Of a stretch of 64,000 bases of DNA, positions 42,397 through 54,111 are shown in pieces (position 1 is the stretch's first letter; each line of letters starts with the position of its first letter). Both the position numbers and the translations under genes were made by a program. The stretch comes from Blastocatellia bacterium (GTDB lineage Bacteria; Acidobacteriota; Blastocatellia; RBC074): the NCBI GenBank assembly GCA_043783625.1, contig JAYVZE010000049.1, positions 32,656-96,655 of the forward strand, written 5' to 3'. The notes below the pieces were generated by a model, which saw nothing but the letters and a program-made list of their open reading frames with translations, was not told the DNA's origin and made no database searches.

Positions 42397-44434
42397 TTAT
42401 TGATGGAGTAAAAACACATCCCAAGCCCAGTGACCGATATGTGTTCCATTTGTATCATCTACTTTAGACCGATATTTGAATTCATTACCATATCTGTCCG
42501 TATAGGCTCCGTGACTGTTATAGTTCAGGCTAAGAGCCGATAATCCAACGCTTTTAAGAGGAATCAATTCATCAGATTCTGAGATACCATTCTGGTTATA
42601 GTCTATCCAAAGTCGAAGGAGTTTATAGATTTTATCTTGATTATCAATAGCTCCATCATTGTTGCCACCTTTGCCTAGTCCATCAAATACAGCCAGTGCC
42701 GCAAATCCATTACGAGTATTGGAATAAGGTTGAGGTGTAAAATTACCAAATAACTCAGTACCATTGTCAATTGTTCCATTTCCATTTCTATCAAGGACTA
42801 GAAATCCTTCATCAGAACGAGCTTTTGTCCAACTGAGTTTCTCTTTAATACCGTCCTTATTAAGATCAAACTTAACTCCTTGTGCAAGGTTGGTTAGTTC
42901 AAACCCATTTCCTTTAAGGTCTATGAGAATCGGGCTATAGCCCAAATTATAAAAATTTCCCATATCGCAATCACAACTTACCGGGTCTGGAACTCCTCCC
43001 TGATACGCGCAATTGTCAGCCTGACCCTGATTGCAGGATTGTTGATAGTCATTATTCGGATTGGGTCTAATCACTGGTGGAGGAAAGCTGCCATTCGCTC
43101 CCACAGTCTCTCCTACTCCCCCGGTAGCACCCCCGTTTGGTCCTTGGGGACCTGGTTCCCCTATTCCTTGGTCAGCTTGTTTTGGTCGGAGGGGGCAAAA
43201 TCCACTTGCGTCACTTCCTCTGTCGCCAGGGACGCCACCAATACCACCTCTACCAGGTTGTGACCCCTCTCCTGGGAAACCATTTGGACCTGGATCCAAG
43301 ATAGGACTTATGGTCCCATAATAATTGTAGGGGACTGGAGACAATGAGGTCGCCGCCATCACCACCTTCACCGCCGTCACCACCATCTCCGCCGTCACCC
43401 CCAGTTCCTCCAGTTCCACCCATTCCCGCAGGACCACCAGCTCCTAGAATAAAAGGACAACAGGGAACTCCATCACCACCATTGCCACCTTTTCCGCCTT
43501 CTCCACCGCGACCACCTGTTTGACCATCTGCACCTACTCCACCTCTTGTGCCATTTGAAGTGAACATAACGTTAGCACCAGGCTCGTTATCTCCTATTGA
43601 AATGTACCCGGTTCCACCCGTTTTACCTTTGCCGCCCCTTCCACCTTTGGCGGGTGTCGAGCCAGGTAAACCTGCGAACCCGAGAGCACCTGGCTTACCA
43701 CTTTCTCCATCGCCGCAAACTCCGTTGTCGGCTTTAGCAGGAACTGCTGTTTGTCGCTCTGGTGTGTTTGGAATTGGTGGTTGCTTGCCGGGGTCACCAA
43801 TCCCTTGGGGTGTCAAATCCAGACCTCGATCATCAAAGACCAATCCTTTAAATAATGTGAATAGTGGTTGTGTAGTAGGAAGGAAACTTGACTTATAGAT
43901 TTGAGGAGATTGATTTTGGCTTATTTTCTTTTTCCGCAAACTACCAGATTCGATTATAAAAATATAGATGTCATAGCCATAGCTTTTCATCAAGGGACTC
44001 TGCCCCTCATATTCTATATTTCTTGCAATTATAACCGTATCTCCATCAAGCTCTACAAGCTCCGGCAAGGATAAAGTATTGGCGATTATTACACCGCTCA
44101 ATCGTCCTTTTTCCTGTCGGTTTTTTCGGAATTCAGGATATGAGTTAAAATGAGGCTGCAATGTTTTACGCCAATTATCCGTTAGCAGCACATATGGGTT
44201 AAATGGCACCCCATGTTTTACTAATAAATCTTTGCCCTTTGAGAATTTCTCAACCATGCCTCGCGGGGTCTTCTGTTTTTTTTCACTCTTAGCGACAGCC
44301 GTATTATTTGCAGAAGCAGCATTATTTTTTGCTGCTGAATTCCATCGGCTGATAGGAAGGCAAATCATTACCGCGATAATAATTAAGTAGACCAACCAAG
44401 TTTGACGATACAGGCGAGTTAAAGCTTTTTTCAT
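42397..44434 (-). pseudogene. Secreted Gly-rich (collagen-like) protein with C-terminal FrpC-type Ca-binding self-processing-like module, frameshifted near 43330
   Basis: ORF 43250-44434: N-terminal hydrophobic signal and GGxGGxG repeats; ORF 42397-43437 continues with GPxG repeats, a Cys-rich linker and SPILIDLKGNG...DRNGNGTIDNGTELFG...LRLWIDYNQNGIS. Confidence 0.75.
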
Positions 44435-44757
44435 ACTTCCTCCATGGATATTGATCCAAGCATTCTCTTAAATATAGAATAGCTGTGAACCAGTGTATTC
44501 TACAAGTAAGAAATATCTTGAATTTTCGTAATCATCTTTATCTCAACATAAATTATGGTGAGTACGATTTTACAAGTAAATTGAAAATAGCAGCTTTTCA
44601 GTAAATCAGGTTTTTACAGCTAAGGAAGTCGTTCTTTTATATTTTCTGTTGTTGTGTTGTGTAAATGCGTAATCTGTCTCTACTAAGATTGTGATAGATG
44701 TCGCCCAAGAACAAAGTGGAGTTTTGTTCTTGGCGAAAACGGTAATTACTTCATACT

Positions 44758-44775
44758 TATACCTTATAAGGTATA
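44758..44775. promoter_or_regulatory. Perfect 18-bp palindrome, candidate XRE operator
   Basis: TATACCTTATAAGGTATA, about 50 bp upstream of the HTH gene in a divergent promoter region. Confidence 0.5.
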
Positions 44776-44824
44776 GCACGGTAGCAATTGATAAACAAGT
44801 GATCTTTTCAGGAGGAATCTCCTG

Positions 44825-45121
44825 ATGGGACACTCAGCACGGCAAAAGCCTCAGCGATTGGCAGAAAAGCTGTTGCAAATTCGAGTATCTTTAAATTTGT
44901 CACAGACAGATTTGTTGAGAAAGCTTGGCTTAGAAGATGCGTATTTCTATACGATTATTTCTAAGAACGAACTCGGGTTACGTGAGCCAACATTGTTGGA
45001 GTTATTAGGATACGCCCAAATCGCAAATATTTATGTCGAAGTTCTTATTGACGATATGCTTGATTTGCCAAACGAAATTCCAAGTGTAAAAAAACACGAA
45101 GGGATAAAGCAGAAAAAATAG
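44825..45121 (+). CDS. XRE-family helix-turn-helix regulator
   Basis: LAEKLLQIRVSLNLSQ...ISKNELGLREP; AGGAGG RBS. Confidence 0.85.
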   Translation: MGHSARQKPQRLAEKLLQIRVSLNLSQTDLLRKLGLEDAYFYTIISKNELGLREPTLLELLGYAQIANIYVEVLIDDMLDLPNEIPSVKKHEGIKQKK

Positions 45122-45138
45122 CTCTATCAGAAACAAGC

Positions 45139-45642
45139 ATGGATATTCGCCAGTCACTTCTCGCCGAACATTCAAAACCGCAAACGATGCGCATCGTCGA
45201 ATTTATCGGCGCGGATGAAAAACGTTTTGCGGAATTGATGAAGATTTTCTTCGCCGGAGAGTACCGCTTAACGCAGCGTGCGGCGTGGCCTTTAAATTAT
45301 TGTGCGGAGCGGCATCCAGAATTGATTCAGCCGTACTTACCAAAATTATTGAATTGCCTGAGCCGTGATGACGTCCACGATGCCGTCAAACGCAACATCG
45401 TTCGCATGCTGCAATTTGTAGAAATCCCTAAAAAATTTCACGCCAAAGCATATTCGCTTTGTGTGGAATTGGTGGACGATCCAAACGAAGCCATCGCCAT
45501 CAGAGTTTTTGCGATGACCGTTGCCGCACGAATTGCGAAACCAAAGCCTGAATTGATGAATGAATTACAGCTCATCGTTCGCCAACATTTACCGCACTCC
45601 ACCGCAGCTTTTCAAAAACGAGCACAGCAACTTTCACTTTAA
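45139..45642 (+). CDS. Hypothetical alpha-helical (HEAT/ARM-like) protein
   Basis: EHSK..QRAAW..HPELIQPYLPKLL..VKRN..AIRVFAM. Confidence 0.7.
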   Translation: MDIRQSLLAEHSKPQTMRIVEFIGADEKRFAELMKIFFAGEYRLTQRAAWPLNYCAERHPELIQPYLPKLLNCLSRDDVHDAVKRNIVRMLQFVEIPKKFHAKAYSLCVELVDDPNEAIAIRVFAMTVAARIAKPKPELMNELQLIVRQHLPHSTAAFQKRAQQLSL

Positions 45643-45665
45643 TCTAAAATCAAAAAAGGAAAAAT

Positions 45666-45762
45666 TTATCCACGAAGTTCAGGTCACGAAGGGAAGAACA
45701 AAGAAGAGATTGCAGGAAAAGGCTTGTCTTTGCTTCGTGACCTTCGTGTACTTCGTGGATAA
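45666..45762. repeat. Palindromic element (CACGAAG family)
   Basis: TTATCCACGAAG...CACGAAG ... CTTCGTGACCTTCGTGTACTTCGTGGATAA; sister copy at 58060. Confidence 0.85.
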
Positions 45763-45816
45763 TTGTTTTGTCCCTACCTGACTTTGCCGCGCAGCATTGC
45801 TAGAATGGAAGCCAAG

Positions 45817-46815
45817 ATGAATACACCCGCCCTAACAGATAGTCACGGTCGCGCCATTCGGGATTTACGGATTTCGATTACGGATCGGTGCAATTTTCGC
45901 TGCTTTTATTGTATGCCGACCGAAGCGATGGAGTGGCAGCCAAAATCTGAAATTTTGAGCTACGAAGAAATCATTCGGCTGACAGAAATTTTTGTATCGC
46001 TTGGCATCAACAAATTGCGCGTGACCGGAGGCGAACCGATGATTCGCCGCGACATCGAAGATTTAATTGCACCACTCGCCGCGATTCCCGGTGTCGAAGA
46101 TTTGGCGATGACTACGAATGCACATTTTTTGCGTGGACGCGCCGAAGGTTTGAAAAAAGCTGGCTTGCAAAGACTAACTGTTAGTTTGGATTCATTGACG
46201 CCGGAGCGTTTCGCGTTGTTGACAGGTCGTAACGAATTGCATCGCGTCCTTGACGGAATTGATGCCGCCATCGAAGCGGGTTTGCATCCGGTCAAAATTA
46301 ACAGCGTCACCATTCGTGGCGTCAATGACGATCAGGCGTTGGGCTTTGCTGAGATGGCACGTAACAAAGGTGTCAGCGTGCGCTTCATCGAATTTATGCC
46401 GCTCGACAACGGCAAAGTCTGGCGGCGCGAAATGGTCATGCCGGGCGATGAAGTCCGCGCAAAAATTAATGCAGTTTTTCCGCTTATGCCTGTGACTTCT
46501 GAAAATCTAAGTGAGACTTCAAGACGCTGGAAATTTGCGGACGGCGCACCCGGCGAAGTCGGCTTCATCAATCCCGTCACACAACCGTTTTGTGGACATT
46601 GCAGCCGCATCCGATTGACTGCCGACGGAATGATTCGCACGTGCTTGTTCTCGAACGTCGAACACAACATCAAACGTCTGCTGCGCGGCGGCGCAAGCGA
46701 TAGCGAATTAGTAGATTTCATCATCGCTACCATTGCCAAGAAAGAAGACCGCCACCACATCAACGACCCCGAATTTGTGCAACCACTCAGAACGATGTCT
46801 TGTATCGGAGGATAA
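45817..46815 (+). CDS. moaA: GTP 3',8-cyclase
   Basis: LRISITDRCNFRCFYCM, FIEFMP, FCGHCSRIRLTADG, MSCIGG C-terminus. Confidence 0.97.
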   Translation: MNTPALTDSHGRAIRDLRISITDRCNFRCFYCMPTEAMEWQPKSEILSYEEIIRLTEIFVSLGINKLRVTGGEPMIRRDIEDLIAPLAAIPGVEDLAMTTNAHFLRGRAEGLKKAGLQRLTVSLDSLTPERFALLTGRNELHRVLDGIDAAIEAGLHPVKINSVTIRGVNDDQALGFAEMARNKGVSVRFIEFMPLDNGKVWRREMVMPGDEVRAKINAVFPLMPVTSENLSETSRRWKFADGAPGEVGFINPVTQPFCGHCSRIRLTADGMIRTCLFSNVEHNIKRLLRGGASDSELVDFIIATIAKKEDRHHINDPEFVQPLRTMSCIGG

Positions 46816-46821
46816 TTTTTT

Positions 46822-47448
46822 ATGTCTGCTGTGATTGAAATGCTTCATACCGTTTCTGTTGCTCCCGGTTTGCGACGATTTACGGCTAAGGATTATTACC
46901 GCATGCTCGAAGCCGGAATTCTGCATGAAGATGATCCTGTCGAATTGATTAGAGGAGAACTCAGAACGATGTCACCCAAAGACCCCAGACACGCATCTGG
47001 AAATACCCGCGCCAATCGTTATTTCACGCGGCTGCTGGGCGATCAGGCAATTATTCGCATTCAAGACCCGATTCACCTTGATGATTTTTCCGAACCGGAG
47101 CCGGATGTCGTGTTAGCAGCTTTGGCAGATGACGAATATGATTATCACCATCCGAAGCCGGAAGAAATTTATTTGGTGTTAGAAGTTTCTGACAGTAGCC
47201 TTGATTATGACCGTGAAGAAAAAAGCAGACTGTATGCGCAAGCCGGAGTTCAACAATACTGCATCTTGAATGTGCGTGATCGTGAGCTGGAAGATTATCG
47301 CCATCCTGGCGCCAACGATTATCGCAGCAAACAAACATACACGGCAGAACAAAGTTTTTCTTTGGCAGCTTTCCCTACCATTACTGTTGAAATAGCGGCT
47401 CTGTTGCCGAGTTCTGGCAAAACGAAACCGCCGCGCAAAAGGAGATAA
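46822..47448 (+). CDS. Uma2 (DUF820) family endonuclease
   Basis: VELIRG..MSP..H, SEPEPD, LVLEVSDSS, YAQAGV. Confidence 0.9.
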   Translation: MSAVIEMLHTVSVAPGLRRFTAKDYYRMLEAGILHEDDPVELIRGELRTMSPKDPRHASGNTRANRYFTRLLGDQAIIRIQDPIHLDDFSEPEPDVVLAALADDEYDYHHPKPEEIYLVLEVSDSSLDYDREEKSRLYAQAGVQQYCILNVRDRELEDYRHPGANDYRSKQTYTAEQSFSLAAFPTITVEIAALLPSSGKTKPPRKRR

Positions 47449-47453
47449 CGTAT

Positions 47454-47909
47454 ATGTTCAGAAAATACTTCACCTGTTTTTTGATAGTCCTGTTATTGAA
47501 TTTACAACTCTTCGCGCAGACGAAAATTGACAAAAAAGCCGCGCAAGAAGCTGCCCGCGTGGTGCAACTAAAAATTGCAATGAATGCGGTCGGGCTTGGC
47601 GATACGGCTCCGGCAGAATTGAAACTGAAAAGTGGCGGCAAGCTGGTGGGTTACATCAGCGAAATGAAAGACGGCTCAATTGTCTTTGCCGAGACCGCTT
47701 TAGTGCGCACCTCGAATATTTCCTACGCCGAGATCAAGTCAATCAGTGCTTATAGTTCTCACCATCCACCGTCAGGAAATAAAGGAATGATTCTTGGAAT
47801 AGTGGCTCTTGCTGTTGGGCTGACAGTTGTAGCGATTTTGGGCTACAAGCACTGCAAAAAATTAGAACGCGAAGGCAAAGTCTGCTCGACTGATGACAGT
47901 ACGAACTAA
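47454..47909 (+). CDS. Hypothetical secreted, membrane-anchored protein
   Basis: Signal peptide and C-terminal hydrophobic helix. Confidence 0.65.
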   Translation: MFRKYFTCFLIVLLLNLQLFAQTKIDKKAAQEAARVVQLKIAMNAVGLGDTAPAELKLKSGGKLVGYISEMKDGSIVFAETALVRTSNISYAEIKSISAYSSHHPPSGNKGMILGIVALAVGLTVVAILGYKHCKKLEREGKVCSTDDSTN

Positions 47910-47915
47910 AAAAAT

Positions 47916-49187
47916 ATGAAGAATAAAATTGGTTGCATAATACTTTTTTTGAGCTTGTTGACAGTGCAGGTTTGGGGACAAAAAATTTCTGTCGAAGAGC
48001 AAAAAATCCTCAGCTACGTTGACGCCCACAAAGACGAAGCTGTCGCACTGCTGGAAAAAGTCGTCAACATCGAAAGTCCGACGCAAAATCTGACAGGCGT
48101 GAAAGATGTCGGACTGGTTTTTAAATCCGAATTTGAAGCGATTGAACTCACGGCGAAATGGATTGAAATGCCGCCGGAGATGAAACGCGCCGGACATTTA
48201 GTTGCCGAAACTAAAGGATCAAAAGGCAAAAAGATTTTGTTGCTCGGACATCTGGATACAGTGCTAAGCGGAGAAAAATTTCGACGCGAAGGCAACAAAG
48301 CTTTCGGTACTGGCTCCAGTGATATGAAAGCCGGCGATGTCGTGATGCTGTATGCGTTGAAGGCTTTGCAAAATTCAGGATTACTCAAAGATTCTCAAAT
48401 CATCGTAATGTTTACGGGTGATGAAGAATCTTCGGGGCGTCCGCAGGCAATCAGTCGCGGTGATATGTTTGCAGCAGCGAAGCGGAGCGACCTGGCTTTG
48501 AGTTTTGAAGGTGCAGTGGGAAATACCGGAACCGTCGGACGGCGCGGCAGCAGCTCATGGTCACTCGAAGTTACAGGCGAAACGGGACATTCTTCACAGA
48601 TTTTCAACGAATACATGGGCAGCGGTGCGATCTTTGAAGCTTCGCGCATCATTCATCAGTTTTATGAACAATTACACGGCGAAAAATATCTAACTTTTAA
48701 TCCCAGTATCATTGTTGGTGGCACGGAAGCTGAGCTGAAAAATTCGACCGGAACAGCGACAGGCAAGGGCAATGTAGTTCCCGCCAAAGTTTTCATCAAG
48801 GGCGATTTGCGTTTCATCAGCGAAGAGCAGAAAGAAGCTGCGCGGGCAAAGATGCGCGAAATCGTCGCGAAGAATTTACCGAAAACTTCGGCAAAAATTT
48901 CTTTTGAAGACGGCATCCCCGCGATGTTTCCTTCGCCTGAAAATTACAAATTGCTCGAACAACTTAGCAAGGTCAGTGAAGATTTGGGTTACGGCAAAAT
49001 CGAAGCCCTTGACCCCGGCGAACGCGGCGCAGGTGACATCGCGTATATCTCACATTTGATTCCGGGACTTGATGGGCTAGGCGCAAGCGGCAGAAATGCG
49101 CACGCGCCGGGTGAGTATGCGGATTTGGAATCCATGCCGAGGTTGATTAAAAGGACGGCAGTTTTGATTTATCGGCTGACGCGGTAA
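47916..49187 (+). CDS. M20 family metallopeptidase (carboxypeptidase G2-like)
   Basis: GHLDTV, DMKAG, GDEES, AHAPGE. Confidence 0.9.
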   Translation: MKNKIGCIILFLSLLTVQVWGQKISVEEQKILSYVDAHKDEAVALLEKVVNIESPTQNLTGVKDVGLVFKSEFEAIELTAKWIEMPPEMKRAGHLVAETKGSKGKKILLLGHLDTVLSGEKFRREGNKAFGTGSSDMKAGDVVMLYALKALQNSGLLKDSQIIVMFTGDEESSGRPQAISRGDMFAAAKRSDLALSFEGAVGNTGTVGRRGSSSWSLEVTGETGHSSQIFNEYMGSGAIFEASRIIHQFYEQLHGEKYLTFNPSIIVGGTEAELKNSTGTATGKGNVVPAKVFIKGDLRFISEEQKEAARAKMREIVAKNLPKTSAKISFEDGIPAMFPSPENYKLLEQLSKVSEDLGYGKIEALDPGERGAGDIAYISHLIPGLDGLGASGRNAHAPGEYADLESMPRLIKRTAVLIYRLTR

Positions 49188-49205
49188 AATGGGCGCGAGG
49201 TATTT

Positions 49206-49835
49206 ATGGAAGTAGTATTGGAGAAAGCCAAGCCAACGATACGATTCAAAAGCAGCACCGAACAGGATATTTTTTCTTCTTCACGGCGCTTTACGGTTGA
49301 CGAATATCATCGGATGGGCGAGGCCGGAATACTTCATCCTGATGAGAGGGTGGAGTTGATTGAAGGAGTGATTTGCCGCATGAGTCCCAAAGGTTCGTTA
49401 CATTCTACCAGTGTTGAAATTGCCCGTGAATACTTCGCTAAAAAACTGAAACGTCAGGCTCACGCCAGAACACAAGACCCGATTTATTTGGGCAAACATT
49501 CGGAACCTGAACCTGATGTAGCATTGGTTATGCCGCCGTTCACGCGCTACCGCGATCATCATCCAACGCCCACTGAAATTTTTCTGGTGTTTGAGGTGGC
49601 AGACACTACGCTGAATCGGGATCGTCGCAAAGGCAAGACTTACGCCAAAGCGGGCATCGTACAATATTGCATCCTGGATTTGAAGCACGAGACGATTGAA
49701 GAATATAGTGACCCGACACCGGATGGGTATGAGCGCAAAAACATTTATCGTGTCGGCGATAAATTCGCCCTTGTTGCGTTTCCCTTCATCGTGGTTAAAG
49801 TCAAAGATTTGTTGGAGCCGGATTACCTCGGCTGA
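49206..49835 (+). CDS. Uma2 (DUF820) family endonuclease
   Basis: FTVDEYHRM, VELIEG, SEPEPD, EVADTT. Confidence 0.9.
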   Translation: MEVVLEKAKPTIRFKSSTEQDIFSSSRRFTVDEYHRMGEAGILHPDERVELIEGVICRMSPKGSLHSTSVEIAREYFAKKLKRQAHARTQDPIYLGKHSEPEPDVALVMPPFTRYRDHHPTPTEIFLVFEVADTTLNRDRRKGKTYAKAGIVQYCILDLKHETIEEYSDPTPDGYERKNIYRVGDKFALVAFPFIVVKVKDLLEPDYLG

Positions 49836-49856
49836 TGCGGTAAAATAAGTGCAAGG

Positions 49857-49967
49857 CAGGACTTACGCAAAATATGTGGCGAGTTCTTGACTCGCCACAA
49901 TTTAGAGTTGACCTGACTCACGCGATTAAAGAAATCGCTCCACATTTCTTTTTTTGCGTAACCCCTA
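49857..49967. mobile_element. MITE-like element with imperfect 16-bp terminal inverted repeats and a CAAGG direct repeat
   Basis: CAGGACTTACGCAAAA ... TTTTGCGTAACCCCTA; CAAGG at 49852-49856 and 49968-49972; empty-site-like paralogous leader at 49182-49205. Confidence 0.65.
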
Positions 49968-49977
49968 CAAGGAAATT

Positions 49978-50619
49978 ATGGAAGCTGTATTAGAAATTCC
50001 CAAGCAGGCAGTTCTCACCAAAGCTGAAGTCAACGGCTTTCCTAAGCTGTATGAAATGACGGTGGAAAAATATCATCAACTCATCGAAGCCGGAATTTTT
50101 TCCAAATCCGATAAGGTTGAATTGATTGAAGGAAGGGTGGTTGAAATGTCTCCTAAAGGTACGCGACACGCGGCAGCGATGCGCCGTATCAATAAAATTT
50201 TCAGTAAGTATTTTGCTGAAAAGGCTGTGATTTGTATTCAAGACCCGATCTTACTCAATGACAAATCGGAGCCTGAACCTGACCTTGTCCTCGCGCAACT
50301 GCCTGATATTCGCTACATGCTGCATCACCCGAAGCCTGAAGATATTTATCTGGTGATGGAAGTTTCGGATAGTACGCTTGCCTATGATCGCAAGGAATTG
50401 GCTCCGTGGCTGGCACAAAATGGAGTGCTACAATTTTGCCTGCTCAACATTCGCGGACGGGAATTAGAAGATTACCGCGAACCGGGCGTTGACGGGTATC
50501 GTGCAAAACGTACCTATTCTGAAGAAGAGAGTTTTTCGTTAGCTACTTTTCCTGATATTTCAATCAGGGTTAGCGATCTGTTGCCTCCCGTACTCACAAA
50601 CGAAGAAGGCAGCATCTAA
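49978..50619 (+). CDS. Uma2 (DUF820) family endonuclease
   Basis: TVEKYHQL, VELIEG, SEPEPD, EVSDST. Confidence 0.9.
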   Translation: MEAVLEIPKQAVLTKAEVNGFPKLYEMTVEKYHQLIEAGIFSKSDKVELIEGRVVEMSPKGTRHAAAMRRINKIFSKYFAEKAVICIQDPILLNDKSEPEPDLVLAQLPDIRYMLHHPKPEDIYLVMEVSDSTLAYDRKELAPWLAQNGVLQFCLLNIRGRELEDYREPGVDGYRAKRTYSEEESFSLATFPDISIRVSDLLPPVLTNEEGSI

Positions 50620-50627
50620 TATTTTTG

Positions 50628-50774
50628 TCTTTTCAGGGGAGCCGCACGCGCGGCTGAGAGTCCTGCCGTGGCGGATTTACGATTGTAGGTTGCGGAACAA
50701 AAAATCCACAATCCACAATCCGCAATCAGGAGACCCTATGAACCTGTACGGGTAATGCCGTCGAAGGGAGAAAG
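50628..50774 (+). ncRNA. TPP riboswitch aptamer with enlarged variable stem
   Basis: GGGGAGCC...GGCTGAGA...ACCC-TAT-GAACCTG-TACGGGTAATGCCGTCGAAGGGA directly upstream of thiC. Confidence 0.9.
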
Positions 50775-50780
50775 GAACCA

Positions 50781-50822
50781 GAAGACTGTTCCGATTTCTA
50801 TATACGCGGAGTAGTCTTTTTT
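50781..50822 (+). terminator. Riboswitch expression-platform terminator
   Basis: GAAGACTGTTCCG...CGGAGTAGTCTTT followed by further Ts before the thiC RBS. Confidence 0.75.
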
Positions 50823-50830
50823 ATTTTTGA

Positions 50831-52735
<1,905 letters not shown>

Positions 52736-52740
52736 ACTAA

Positions 52741-52784
52741 TTTCAGGAGTGGAGGTGTACAAGCTACTGTCTCTACTCCTGAAA
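52741..52784. terminator. Hairpin after thiC, probable terminator
   Basis: TTTCAGGAGTGGAG...CTCTACTCCTGAAA. Confidence 0.55.
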
Positions 52785-52806
52785 AATTTAAAGGTGGTAG
52801 GAATTT

Positions 52807-53770
52807 ATGCAAGTTGTACGATCATTCTACGGAGTTCTCTTTCTTTTTTTCTTGCTCTTCACTTCAAATCAGTCTCTCGCCCAAGATACAAAGAATCCGA
52901 AAGAAGTTGGGAAAAATGACAGCTCGGAAACCAAACTTCGTATTTCGATTCCTATTTCTTCTCTACCCAAAGGCGAGCTAAAAATTGATCAATTTAAAGC
53001 GACGGAAAATGGTGTATCACAAGTCATTGATTCACTGAAAAATCCAGACCAATCCATTAGTTATGGCTTGATCATAGACACCTCTGGGAGCATGCGACCT
53101 CGCTTGCCAGACTTAAAAATTTTGGGAATAAGTTTGATAAATCACCTTAGTGAAAAAGATGAAATGGCGATTGCCTCATTAAAAATAGAGGCTGAATTAA
53201 TTCATAAATTGAGTTCAAGTAAAGTTTTTTTGACAGATGCTTTGAATGAGCTTTACACAGGTGGGGGAACATCCCTGTTTGATGGGATTACCGTCGTATC
53301 GGAATATTTAAAGAAAGCCTCTACAAAAAGAGCGCAAGATTATCATCGTTCTCACCGACGGAGGAGAAGAAAGAAGCACTGTTAAAGTGGACAAAGTCGC
53401 AGGGTATCTTTCAGAAATGAACGTCTCATTGTTCATAATTAAAATAAAAAACACACTATTTCAGGAAGACCAAATGCGCTCTACAACGAAAACAAATGAG
53501 CAACTTGATTTTCTGACAAAAATTTCAGGAGGATTTATTTTGACATATTCTCCACCAGAAAAAATTACTGAAGCCGACATTGAAAAATTATTGCAACGAG
53601 ATAAGGGGTTCACGCTGCCAATCATTGAACGTTCAAAGTCAACTCATCTATCATATTATTCTTCTAATAGTAAATTTGACGGTAAGTCACGCCGTGTACA
53701 AATTCAATGGCAAGGCGAAGGTGGGAAAATTATTACCCAAGACCTCAAGTATGATGTGCCTAGAAAGTAA
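52807..53770 (+). pseudogene. Secreted vWA-domain protein (acidobacterial VWFA-like), frameshifted at A5 run 53325-53329
   Basis: IDTSGSM MIDAS, GGTSLFDG; shifted frame continues RKIIIVLTDG...DGKSRRVQI. Confidence 0.78.
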
Positions 53771-53788
53771 TTCATTTGGGAAATTGGG

Positions 53789-53869
53789 ATGATCCTAAAT
53801 CAAAAAATTGCCATCGTCACAGGGACACATGTGGCATCGGGTTTGCTATCATCACCAATAAATTTTTAG
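53789..53869 (+). pseudogene. Degenerate copy of the 5' end of the SDR gene at 55869
   Basis: AAATCAAAAAATTGCCATCGTCAC...GGCATCGG..TTGCTATC..CACCAATAAATTTTTAG matches 55869-55947 with substitutions and indels. Confidence 0.8.
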
Positions 53870-54054
53870 TACCTGATCCAAACACAATGCCGAAAGTCTT
53901 GCTAGATCGCCGTAGATTAGTGGTAGACGCCTGCTACAAAGCTTCATTTAAGAGCAATTTGGAGCGGGTGAAATTTTGTTCGCAATACACCGAACCGGCT
54001 GGCAGAAGTGGCACGGATCGAAGAACGAGAAGCCATAAATCATCAATCGTACTG

Positions 54055-54091
54055 CGGGCGGCTCGCCCGCAAACAACGGGCGAGCCGCCCG
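54055..54091. repeat. GC-rich REP-like inverted repeat
   Basis: CGGGCGGCTCGCCCG-CAAACAA-CGGGCGAGCCGCCCG. Confidence 0.8.
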
Positions 54092-54111
54092 TTGTTACGC
54101 CGACAAATCTA

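Noticed and set aside
46785-46973. 15-bp direct repeat ACTCAGAACGATGTC in the moaA 3' end and inside the Uma2 gene
   Set aside because: Both copies lie in coding motifs (LRTMS) and do not bracket an element; likely coincidence or local conversion.
53960-53972. TGGAGCGGGTGAA resembling the reverse complement of a tRNA-Gly 3' end (att remnant)
   Set aside because: Only 13 bp, with no T-arm, integrase or partner site in the window.
53776-54111. N-terminal half of ORF 53776-54453
   Set aside because: It reads through an SDR remnant and a REP hairpin and is probably not real coding sequence.
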